From assembly GCA_001823505.1 (NCBI GenBank), contig MHUS01000016.1:4555-38238 (forward strand): a stretch of 33,684 nucleotides of DNA, read 5' to 3'. This document shows, one piece after another, positions 16,616 through 24,940 of the stretch. Position numbers and translations under genes: made by a program. Each line of letters begins with the position of its first letter. Positions within the stretch are counted from its first letter, which is position 1. The DNA comes from Candidatus Yonathbacteria bacterium RIFCSPHIGHO2_01_FULL_51_10 (lineage in GTDB: Bacteria; Patescibacteriota; Minisyncoccia; Phycocordibacterales; UBA1539_B). Below the pieces are notes generated by a model that searched no databases, was not told the DNA's origin, and saw nothing but the letters and a program-made list of their open reading frames with translations.

Positions 16616-17125
16616 TTAAAAACAGGTACCTGTCGACAAGCAAGGCCAGGGCGCCGCCAGCCTAAGGTTCAAATCCCAAATAGCATAGGAGAGGTACGTC
16701 GCGAACACAACCCAAACCGCGTAAGGCACCAAAAGAAGCGCTGCCGTACGCGATGACTTCCAAATAAGGAGAACGAGCATGATCACCGTAAGGGCGAGGA
16801 TCGCCGCAGTAATGACCGCCAATCCAAGCAAGTGTACGCCAAAGAACGCTGCGCTCCACAACACATTCACCACCGCATTCATAATAAAAAAGCGGATGAT
16901 ATGCTTAAAGATCCACGTCCGTTCAACCTTATTCCATACAATAAGCGCGGAAATCGTAGCAAGGACGAAAAGCACGGTCCATACTGCGCCGATGATCGCT
17001 CCTGACGGTGTCCACGATGGAAGCGCTATCGTTTGATACCAATCCATTCCCCCGCTCGTAAGCAAGCTCCCTACGGTCGCAACAATGATTGTGATAAGTG
17101 GGATGATGATGTAGTTAGATTTCAT
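16616..17125 (-). CDS. tspO: TspO/MBR family tryptophan-rich sensory protein
   Basis: WYQTIALPSWTPSG..IGAVWTVLF, NVLWSAAFFG and LLLVPYAVWVVFATYLS; five TM segments. Confidence 0.92.
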   Translation of the reverse strand: MKSNYIIIPLITIIVATVGSLLTSGGMDWYQTIALPSWTPSGAIIGAVWTVLFVLATISALIVWNKVERTWIFKHIIRFFIMNAVVNVLWSAAFFGVHLLGLAVITAAILALTVIMLVLLIWKSSRTAALLLVPYAVWVVFATYLSYAIWDLNLRLAAPWPCLSTGTCF

Positions 17126-17199
17126 TTTGTTGTTGTACTGCTTTTAAAGACAACTCGGTGGACTACATCCGTGCGAATTGGAACCAAATACTTCGGTGG

Positions 17200-17442
17200 T
17201 TAGAAAATACTTGTGAGTGCTTCCCAAGCCAAAATAACAGCCATGCCTGGTATTGCGACAGTGCTATTAAACCTACATAATGTTCCGGTTTTTATGTAAT
17301 CAGACGATGAATATGGTGGTGGCGTGGTCGTCCACTGATGGCAATAATTTATTTCAACAGCCGCTGAAATCAAGGAAACTCCCAAAATGACGAGCGCTGC
17401 AATTCCTGCTATTTTCCAATAATTTTTCTTCATCGTTATCAA
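17200..17442 (-). CDS. Small AT-rich orphan membrane protein (two hydrophobic segments, two Cys)
   Basis: ORF directly downstream of the tRNA-Ala 3' end. The start may be the internal MKKNYW. Confidence 0.5.
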   Translation of the reverse strand: MITMKKNYWKIAGIAALVILGVSLISAAVEINYCHQWTTTPPPYSSSDYIKTGTLCRFNSTVAIPGMAVILAWEALTSIF

Positions 17443-17473
17443 TAATTATTGCAAATTATGACTTTTTATAATT

Positions 17474-17547
17474 TGGTGGACCTAGGCGGAATCGGACCGC
17501 CGTCTGCGCAATGCGAATGCGCTGTGCTACCACTATACCATAGGCCC
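17474..17547 (-). tRNA. tRNA-Ala(CGC), CCA encoded
   Basis: GGGCCTA/TAGGTCC acceptor with G3:U70, GCGCA-TTCGCAT-TGCGC anticodon arm, T-loop TCCGATT, ends ACCA. Confidence 0.9.
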
Positions 17548-17688
17548 AAGTGAGGGATAAAGAAAGTGTTTACATTTTCTTTTCCCGAACGCAGGGTCTA
17601 TATTTTTAATATAGGCCCGAACGAGAGACGAAGAGGCGTTCCCTCCCACCTTCGTCCGAAAATCATACCGCAAACCCAACCGAAACGC

Positions 17689-17726
17689 AAAACGCACGCC
17701 CCGACAATTCGGGGCGTGCGTTTTTT
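17689..17726. terminator. Intrinsic terminator downstream of the glycan cluster
   Basis: AAAACGCACGCCCCGA-CAAT-TCGGGGCGTGCGTTTTTT. Confidence 0.85.
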
Positions 17727-17763
17727 GATAAATTGTGTACGTTAGAGAAGAAACCTAATCTTC

Positions 17764-19305
17764 CTAATGCTTAACAAAGAGCGTAATTGACGTACTGCCA
17801 AGAACTGCACCGGTTACAGCATCATTCGCCGTAAACGTAACACGATAGGGTCCGTTTCCGCTCCACGTCCAATCATCAAAGAGTACTTTTGATTGTTTGT
17901 GTTTCATTGAATTGGTCATCGGAACAGCCGTCCTGCCGTCGACAGAATACGTGGCTGTGTAAGCAGAAAGTGGTAAACCTTCAATAAATACTTTAAGCTT
18001 TTTTTCTCCTGAGATTGTACCTCCGTCATACGGATGAATCACCGTTATTTGTTTCGAGCCGATGACAGGAAGAGTTGAGGGAATATCCCCGCTCACCGGC
18101 AACGAAGAAGTGGCTTGTATCGCCGAGCCCGTACTCGTATCTACAACAACCACAGGGTCATTTTGGGGAGAAACGGGTGGTGTTTGATCAACAGGAAGCA
18201 CCGGCGTTACTATCGTTATCGGTGGTAATGGCAAGGAAGGTGCACTCTCGTTGGCGTGAGCACGGTTAATGAAGGCGAGCGTAAGCACACGCAAACTTGC
18301 TCCGTAGTAATCAGTGCTTTGCATCGTCTTAAGTGTATTCTCCGCATTTGCGCGGTACAATGGATCCTTAGAGACAACGCTTGCTGCAGCGATACCGGAC
18401 GCGAATGTCGTATTCAAGTACGAAGTAGTCGGCTGACCGTCAAGGGTATACCCACTTGTCGGAGATGCGGTCTGCTCAAAGAAGGCATTTATCTGAGAAA
18501 GAATCTCGTATGCACGTGGATCTCCATTCTCAACAAAGTCCGCTCCAATGCGCCATGGAATACGTATCGCATTGTACGAAAAATCATCCTTACTGTTGTT
18601 CCATGTGATACGCGCGGCCGAGGTTCCATTCGCAGTCGTCCATTCAGGGATCAGGCCTGTTGTTGGATGACGAGCAAGAAAAAGAATCTCATACGCCTTG
18701 TCATTTACGCGCATCCACCCACTGTTCCCGGTAAACTGCGCAAATTCTCTATAGTATGTCGGTGCATAATACGAAGGATTTGTTGCGTCTGATCCACCCC
18801 ATACATCACCCGGCTTAAGCACATAGGTGTTAGGCTCAACCTCATACGTGTAAACTGCATCTATGTATGCATGAGCTTGGGATGCGTATGCATCACCCCA
18901 CTTATGGGTGGCGAGGAGAAGTGCGTAACTGATATCTTCATCCGCATCAGTGGCGCCGTTTTTCCCAACGACCGTACCATTTCGGTCAATTTTCCAATTC
19001 ATGAGCCCCCGCTCATTTCGGTTTCTCTCAGCGTACCGCCACAATGCATCAAATGTGGCGCGGTCATCATTCAGAACAGCAAGGAGCATTCCGTACCCCT
19101 GCCCCTCAGAGACAGTGGCGTCTTCTGAACGCGGATCTCTAACGCGTAATTCGTCTGTCTTTGCTCCACTTTGTACAACAAAGGCGGCCTTCCATGCCGC
19201 GTACTCCGCTGATATTGTTGACGTTTCTACCGTGGTTGCTGCTGATACTGCAAATAAAGGCGCGAATACAATGATTCCGAGCGCCGAAAGTACAAATTTA
19301 ACCAT
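17764..19305 (-). CDS. Secreted glycoside hydrolase family 8 with Pro/Thr/Val linker and C-terminal beta-rich (Ig-like) domain
   Basis: Signal peptide, TVSEGQGYGM (catalytic Glu), ATDADEDI, NPSY, TGLIPEW and YNAIRIPWR. Confidence 0.92.
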   Translation of the reverse strand: MVKFVLSALGIIVFAPLFAVSAATTVETSTISAEYAAWKAAFVVQSGAKTDELRVRDPRSEDATVSEGQGYGMLLAVLNDDRATFDALWRYAERNRNERGLMNWKIDRNGTVVGKNGATDADEDISYALLLATHKWGDAYASQAHAYIDAVYTYEVEPNTYVLKPGDVWGGSDATNPSYYAPTYYREFAQFTGNSGWMRVNDKAYEILFLARHPTTGLIPEWTTANGTSAARITWNNSKDDFSYNAIRIPWRIGADFVENGDPRAYEILSQINAFFEQTASPTSGYTLDGQPTTSYLNTTFASGIAAASVVSKDPLYRANAENTLKTMQSTDYYGASLRVLTLAFINRAHANESAPSLPLPPITIVTPVLPVDQTPPVSPQNDPVVVVDTSTGSAIQATSSLPVSGDIPSTLPVIGSKQITVIHPYDGGTISGEKKLKVFIEGLPLSAYTATYSVDGRTAVPMTNSMKHKQSKVLFDDWTWSGNGPYRVTFTANDAVTGAVLGSTSITLFVKH

Positions 19306-19363
19306 AAAATTCTTATAATCTAGTTACCCCACGTCTTTTACACGCAGGCTGCGACTTCTCCTA

Positions 19364-19391
19364 AAGACGTCGCAGCAAGTATTTTCTTACA
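19364..19391 (-). promoter_or_regulatory. Putative ECF-sigma promoter (copy 3)
   Basis: TGTAAG-N16-CGTCTT, 58 nt upstream of the GH8 ATG; the -35 includes the upstream gene's TAA stop. Confidence 0.62.
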
Positions 19392-21153
19392 ACACTTTCT
19401 GTGGTGTAATTTCTGGGATACTTAATATGTCTCCCGGGTGAATTATCTTAGGATCTCTAATTCCGTTTATTTTTTGAATGCGCGAAAGCTGCAAGTAATC
19501 CCCATAATAACGAAAAGTGATCTTTGAAAGTGTCTCTCCGGGAGCAACCACATGTATCATTCCCTTAGGTATCTCTTCGCTCTCGGCCCAACTCTCGCCG
19601 GTGGGTGTTGGTGATGCCTTTGATGCGTACTCGGCCTGGTACACGTGCACCCAAAGATTTTTTGAAAATTGATGTTTTGCGATCTTCGTAAGATGAGTAT
19701 CTAGATACGTTTTACTTTCCTTGGAGCCATATAGATCCGTGCTCACAAGAAAAAAGATTCGACTGTGCCCAACCTTGATCGCCCGCAGATCCTGTTCAAG
19801 AATTTCATCCGTAATGGCGGGGATGCCTCCTTTTCGTTTATCCCAAATAGGATAGGTAGTGAGCATTGCGTCTCCATGGTAATAATATTGCGTGGGATAG
19901 ACAAGGTACGGCGGGCTTGCGACCACAATATCCCGTGGTCCGACTTGTGAGGAAATGTACTGCGTAGCCTCACGGTAATTCTCGCGCGTAGGAACTCGTG
20001 GATCAATAGACTGATTAATGAGGAGCACTGAAAGAACGGCCAAAAAGACGCCCCCAACCGCTATACGAGATCTCGTAGGAAGTTCACCAATGAACCACGC
20101 GACAAAAATAAACAGAAGTGGAGTAACAATGATAAAGTATCGACTTAAAAAAAGCGGCAAATACTGGCTTGCAATAAATCCGATTGCGACTGGCAAAAGA
20201 ATCCCAACGGGAAGGAGTAGGATAAGTGGCGAAGACGGAGCACGCTTAGAAAGAAAGAAGAAACTCCCGAGAATTAGGATCGGCCACCCGCCGACAAGCG
20301 ACGCGGTGAGCGTGTCGGTGTGAAAACCAAACATAAATTCATAGAACTGCAGAATAACATTGAACGCATCGGGCTTTTCAAGAATCGGCGCAAGAGAACC
20401 GGAACCATAGTTGGTAACAAGAAGATACAACCAGGGAACAAAGCCGGCAACAAGCACAGCACCGACTAGCACAAAACGACGAAGCATTGTTCGTTTTTCC
20501 CCCACTTGTTCCCCGGGTGGCCTGTCAGAAAAACGTACGCGCCACGTAAGGAAAAAATATACCAGCTGAACTAAAAGGATCAGGAAGAAAAAATAGTGTG
20601 TATACATGCCCACAATGTTTACGAGCGCGTATAGAACGTACCATCGCACCCGATTCTCCTTTAGAATCTTCACATATGCATAGTAAGAAAAAATGGTAAT
20701 AAGCGTTAGCAAAGAGTACATACGTATCTCTCGGCTATACCACACCCAAAAAGGAGACAGTGCGGCAATCGCTGTCGCATAGAGCGCCCATCGTGGTCGG
20801 ATAAACTCTCGCGCCAAGAAATAGAGTGCTGGAACTGAGAGAATTCCCGGAATGAGCGCGAGGGTACGCACCGAAGCCTCACTTGGCCCAAAAAGAAGCA
20901 TCCACAAGTGAAGCAATGAATTATGGAGGGGCAAATGAACATTTTTAAGCATGTATTCCCGAATAAAATCAAGTGAGTGCATTGCCTGCCAAACGCTCTG
21001 GGATTCGTCGAGACGTAGTCCCTCTGCACCAAGACCCCATACGCGCATGAAAAGACCAAATCCGATAATCGCCCAAATGGCAGAGATGGCAAGATCGTAC
21101 CAGCGAATGATGCCAAGTGAGGCCGATGGAGATGAAGACGATGATTGAGACAT
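19387..21153 (-). CDS. GT-C fold glycosyltransferase (PMT/ArnT-like) fused to a C-terminal LysM domain
   Basis: LRLDE, HLPL, SEASVR, YSREIRMYSL and YTHY with many TMs; LysM HVVAPGETLSKI...NGIRDPKIIHPGDILSIP. Confidence 0.88.
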   Translation of the reverse strand: MSQSSSSSPSASLGIIRWYDLAISAIWAIIGFGLFMRVWGLGAEGLRLDESQSVWQAMHSLDFIREYMLKNVHLPLHNSLLHLWMLLFGPSEASVRTLALIPGILSVPALYFLAREFIRPRWALYATAIAALSPFWVWYSREIRMYSLLTLITIFSYYAYVKILKENRVRWYVLYALVNIVGMYTHYFFFLILLVQLVYFFLTWRVRFSDRPPGEQVGEKRTMLRRFVLVGAVLVAGFVPWLYLLVTNYGSGSLAPILEKPDAFNVILQFYEFMFGFHTDTLTASLVGGWPILILGSFFFLSKRAPSSPLILLLPVGILLPVAIGFIASQYLPLFLSRYFIIVTPLLFIFVAWFIGELPTRSRIAVGGVFLAVLSVLLINQSIDPRVPTRENYREATQYISSQVGPRDIVVASPPYLVYPTQYYYHGDAMLTTYPIWDKRKGGIPAITDEILEQDLRAIKVGHSRIFFLVSTDLYGSKESKTYLDTHLTKIAKHQFSKNLWVHVYQAEYASKASPTPTGESWAESEEIPKGMIHVVAPGETLSKITFRYYGDYLQLSRIQKINGIRDPKIIHPGDILSIPEITPQKVL

Positions 21154-21166
21154 GGTAAATAGGAAA

Positions 21167-22741
21167 TTACTCAGAAGGTGTAATTATTTTACTCGATACG
21201 AGCGGGCCCTTCTTAAAGATCCCCATTGCCTGCTGAACAAAATCCGTTGCAACGGCACGCCATGGATACGCCTCTTGAATGAACGGCCAAAAGAATACTA
21301 CATTGAACAACACCCATGAAGCGTTAGTGATCACCGCCGGTGTCACGCCATCGCGATTGAGCGCGAACACGACACCAATCACACCAACGAGGACATACAC
21401 CATGTTGGGTATCGCGTATGAAATAAAGTTTCCTTTGTCGTGCACGACCTTTGAGGTGACTTTAAACCGCGTTTGTTTTCCTGTAACACTTGCAATGAGC
21501 GCCATAAGAAATACAAATGACGCCGCAATAGTGAGCTGAATTGCCCGAAACGTTATCGTATACGCAGTGGAACGTATGAGAAAATAAAGCGTCAAGAAGA
21601 TAAACGGTGCAAAATAGATCACAAAATTCCCCGTATAATCATCGACGGGAACAACGCCAAAAAAAAGAAAGAAGAGCGGGATAAATGCATCCATAAGCAC
21701 CACAAGACCATTCAAGTAGTAGCCTGCAGAATATAGGTACTGCATCTTCTGCGCAAAGGTAAGCCCCTTCCGGAACAGCGGATTGTACTTGAACATAACA
21801 TCAAGCGATCCTCGGGCCCAACGATACTGTTGTGCCGAGTATGCCTCCAGATCGATCGGCGCAAGCCCATGCGCAAGGATCTCAGGAAGATACAACGACT
21901 TCCATCCGCGTTCGTGGATAAAGAGTGACGCAAGAAAATCTTCAGCGATACTTTTCTCAGGAACACCACCCGCATCAAGAAGTGCCCGCCGACGGATAAG
22001 CGCATTTGTCCCGCACCAGAACGTCGCATTCATGCGATTTTTTCCTTGACAAATAGGTCCGAAGAAAAGTTCCTGCTGTTCCCATGCACCACGCGTGATA
22101 AAATTATCATCTCGGTTCTTATAATATTGCGGGGTCTGCACAAACGCCATTTTGGGATCGTTCATGTGTCCAATCGTCCTCATGAGGTAATCTTTGTGCG
22201 GAACATGATCTGCATCAAAAAGCGCAAAAAAAGGTGCCGTGGTTACTGAGAGAGCGTGATTTATATTTCCGGCTTTCGCTCCCCCGGGTGTCGTACGTGT
22301 GATGACATCGACGTTATGGTCGCGCCCAAGATCTTCGATGTCGCGCCAATTCGCCATCCCCGCAACCAACCCATCGTTTAAAATATGAACCTTGAGATCC
22401 GGGTAATCGATAAGTTTCGCCGCAGCAACCGTTTGCTCAACAATCTCGCGAGGTTCTCCGCACACCGTGATGAATATATCAACGGGTGGATATTCCTTTG
22501 GCTTAACATAAACCACATCATCTATTCGCCATACCGTATATAGATATCCAACTACCTGCCACACATGGTAGATCTCAGCGATTAAAAGCGCCCCATATAA
22601 CACCCATGAACCAACATGACTGAAATCAAGCCACCACGTCGCATAAAAAAGCACTGCGGCGAGATACACCATAGAGAGTATGCGCGGGATGCGCACAGTC
22701 TCAAATTTTTGCGGTGTAGTTTTAGTGGTATGAGGCATCAT
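21167..22741 (-). CDS. Processive GT2 cellulose-synthase-like catalytic subunit lacking PilZ
   Basis: VDIFIT, LNDG, AKAGNIN, FDADH, VQTPQ, FWCGTN, SIAED and QQYRW motifs; 2 N-terminal and several C-terminal TMs. Confidence 0.9.
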   Translation of the reverse strand: MMPHTTKTTPQKFETVRIPRILSMVYLAAVLFYATWWLDFSHVGSWVLYGALLIAEIYHVWQVVGYLYTVWRIDDVVYVKPKEYPPVDIFITVCGEPREIVEQTVAAAKLIDYPDLKVHILNDGLVAGMANWRDIEDLGRDHNVDVITRTTPGGAKAGNINHALSVTTAPFFALFDADHVPHKDYLMRTIGHMNDPKMAFVQTPQYYKNRDDNFITRGAWEQQELFFGPICQGKNRMNATFWCGTNALIRRRALLDAGGVPEKSIAEDFLASLFIHERGWKSLYLPEILAHGLAPIDLEAYSAQQYRWARGSLDVMFKYNPLFRKGLTFAQKMQYLYSAGYYLNGLVVLMDAFIPLFFLFFGVVPVDDYTGNFVIYFAPFIFLTLYFLIRSTAYTITFRAIQLTIAASFVFLMALIASVTGKQTRFKVTSKVVHDKGNFISYAIPNMVYVLVGVIGVVFALNRDGVTPAVITNASWVLFNVVFFWPFIQEAYPWRAVATDFVQQAMGIFKKGPLVSSKIITPSE

Positions 22742-22753
22742 ATATATGCGTTA

Positions 22754-24940
22754 TTAATCTAAAGAAAATAAATTGGGAATATTATCCGTATACATAGCCA
22801 TGCCGAACCACACCCAATTTTGTGCGTAATATCCGAGCCCTCCAACAAGATCCTCAATGTCAGCATCATAAAGAGGCGCGACCTTTGCTTTGAAAATTTC
22901 ATCCGCAAATAAAGGCTCCACTACAGCAAGCGAGGAGGCAAGCACCGCGTACACACTCTTGCTCTCCGAAGGTACGACTGGCTCACCATCATGCGCATAC
23001 GCACTGGATATCTGTAGCTGCGTACGCCACTCCCGTTTAAAGAAACCCATCTCTGAAAGATACGTGTACGCGCGTGGATCTCGATGCCATTTCCAATCAA
23101 GCGCTACCCGCCAAAGTATGCGAAAAGCATCATCGGAAAAATTCGTTGACTTATCGTTGTGGGTAGGGCGCATGATCGCGCCCGTTACCGGATCAAGAGA
23201 AACCCAATCGGGCGGAATGCCGGCACTCGTTGCCCCATCAAGCGGATCTTTTGTTGAGGTGATGAGTACATCATATGAAGTATTCTTGAGCAACAACCAC
23301 GGATGCGACGGATCAACTTCCGCAAAAATGGGGTATGCCGCAAAAGAAAAATATGATGGATTTATGGTCGGCCGTACTTCATCTTTTGCCCAATTTCCAG
23401 CAACAAGATACGGATTCCCTTTGACAACAACCACCTCTTCTTTCCAAATGTCTGCCAGAATTTCTTGCGCTTCTTCCATGTAATGATCCTGATTCCAACG
23501 CTTCGCGGCAAAAATAAGCGCAAGGGCGATATCTTGATCTGCGTCAGACGCTGTGTTCATTCCGTCTTGCTCATACATGACATCCCATTTTCCATCTGAA
23601 TTCTCCCCCCATAACCATGCAAAAAGTTGATCGTTGGGGCGCTTTCCCAAATTGTTATTCGTCCATTTAAGAACCTGATCAAATGTTGTCTTGTCGTCCA
23701 TCCACACAGCGCGAAGGAGCGAGTAGGACTGCCCCTCAGATGTAGTTAAATAACTACGATCGCGATCAACCGTTCGACCGTCTTTCTGAATTTTCTCGCG
23801 GTAGGCAGTCCACACACCTGCTACCGCTACTTCAGGATATGTTTCAAAAAACCTCACGTCACCGAGGGGAGACTCAGGCGACCTCTTTCCGAAGAACAAG
23901 GCGCTCCCTCCCGCGACCCCGATCAATATCACCGCAAGGATGACTACTCGCGCATATTTGAGTGAACGAGATCGCAATTGACCAACATAAAATCTAGGGC
24001 GCCAGAGGGCCAAGAGTCCAATAACCCCAAAAATGATTGTACCGACAAGAGTAGCAACATCAACGAAAATGACGCCCGAGAGAATAGTAGCGGATGAGAT
24101 TCCTCCTACGGAAAAACCGGCAAGCCATCCTGCCTCCATCGTGCCAATCCCGCCGATATTTGGTAGCGTGTTTACGAAGATCTGAACAGCGCCGGCAACA
24201 GTAAGAGCCATTAAAGGAACCGTAACGCCGACTGCTTTAAAAAATGCTCCGTATGTCGCAAACATGCACAACCATACAACGACCGAAAAAACTACCGCGC
24301 TTAAGTACACACGCTCCTCACGCAAGACGCGAAGTTCCCCAATAAATAAAGCCCCTTTTTGAGCGATCAACGTACCGCGCACCGGAAAGCGTTGTTCAAT
24401 GTGGCTGAGAAAACGCACAAGCGGCTCCTGATAAAAAGACGCGATCGCAATAATACTCATCGCACTTATGGCAACGACCCCTCCAATGAAAGCAATGACC
24501 CCCGCAACCATTCCCGTAGCCGGAACAAAGAATGCTGCACTAAAAAACAAAAACACTGCGACTACCGCAAAATCGAGAGCCCGATACGCTACGAGAGCTG
24601 ATACTGATGCTGCGTATCCCACACCGATTGATCGTACCCCGCCAATGAACGCAAGCTCCCCGAACGGGTTGGGGAACACGCGCACTGCCGCACCGTGTAT
24701 CGCGGTAATTGGAACAATAGAACGTAGGGGGATTTTTTTCTTAGGAAGTAACACACGAAAGCGAAGAGCCCGAACAAAATACGCCAGGGCGTAAGTAAGA
24801 AAACCAACAATAACCCACTGCGGATCTGCTGAGAGAAACGCGGCGCGGAGCTGATTTGGATCAATGAGAGGAACAAGGAAAATCAGCGTTCCGACCGTGA
24901 CGATCACCCCCGTGACAATTTTAATGATCGTACTTTTCAT
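22754..24940 (-). CDS. Fusion: LPG-synthase-TM/UPF0104 flippase-like domain plus GH8 (BcsZ-like) domain
   Basis: N-terminal RALRFRVLL, GEL, RALD and GGIGTMEAG multi-TM domain; C-terminal TTSEGQSYSL, ASDADQDIA, NPSY and DDAFRILWR. Confidence 0.85.
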   Translation of the reverse strand: MKSTIIKIVTGVIVTVGTLIFLVPLIDPNQLRAAFLSADPQWVIVGFLTYALAYFVRALRFRVLLPKKKIPLRSIVPITAIHGAAVRVFPNPFGELAFIGGVRSIGVGYAASVSALVAYRALDFAVVAVFLFFSAAFFVPATGMVAGVIAFIGGVVAISAMSIIAIASFYQEPLVRFLSHIEQRFPVRGTLIAQKGALFIGELRVLREERVYLSAVVFSVVVWLCMFATYGAFFKAVGVTVPLMALTVAGAVQIFVNTLPNIGGIGTMEAGWLAGFSVGGISSATILSGVIFVDVATLVGTIIFGVIGLLALWRPRFYVGQLRSRSLKYARVVILAVILIGVAGGSALFFGKRSPESPLGDVRFFETYPEVAVAGVWTAYREKIQKDGRTVDRDRSYLTTSEGQSYSLLRAVWMDDKTTFDQVLKWTNNNLGKRPNDQLFAWLWGENSDGKWDVMYEQDGMNTASDADQDIALALIFAAKRWNQDHYMEEAQEILADIWKEEVVVVKGNPYLVAGNWAKDEVRPTINPSYFSFAAYPIFAEVDPSHPWLLLKNTSYDVLITSTKDPLDGATSAGIPPDWVSLDPVTGAIMRPTHNDKSTNFSDDAFRILWRVALDWKWHRDPRAYTYLSEMGFFKREWRTQLQISSAYAHDGEPVVPSESKSVYAVLASSLAVVEPLFADEIFKAKVAPLYDADIEDLVGGLGYYAQNWVWFGMAMYTDNIPNLFSLD

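Noticed and set aside
17611..17618. ATAGGCCC duplicate of the tRNA-Ala 5' end
   Set aside because: Only 8 bp; cannot be separated from chance.
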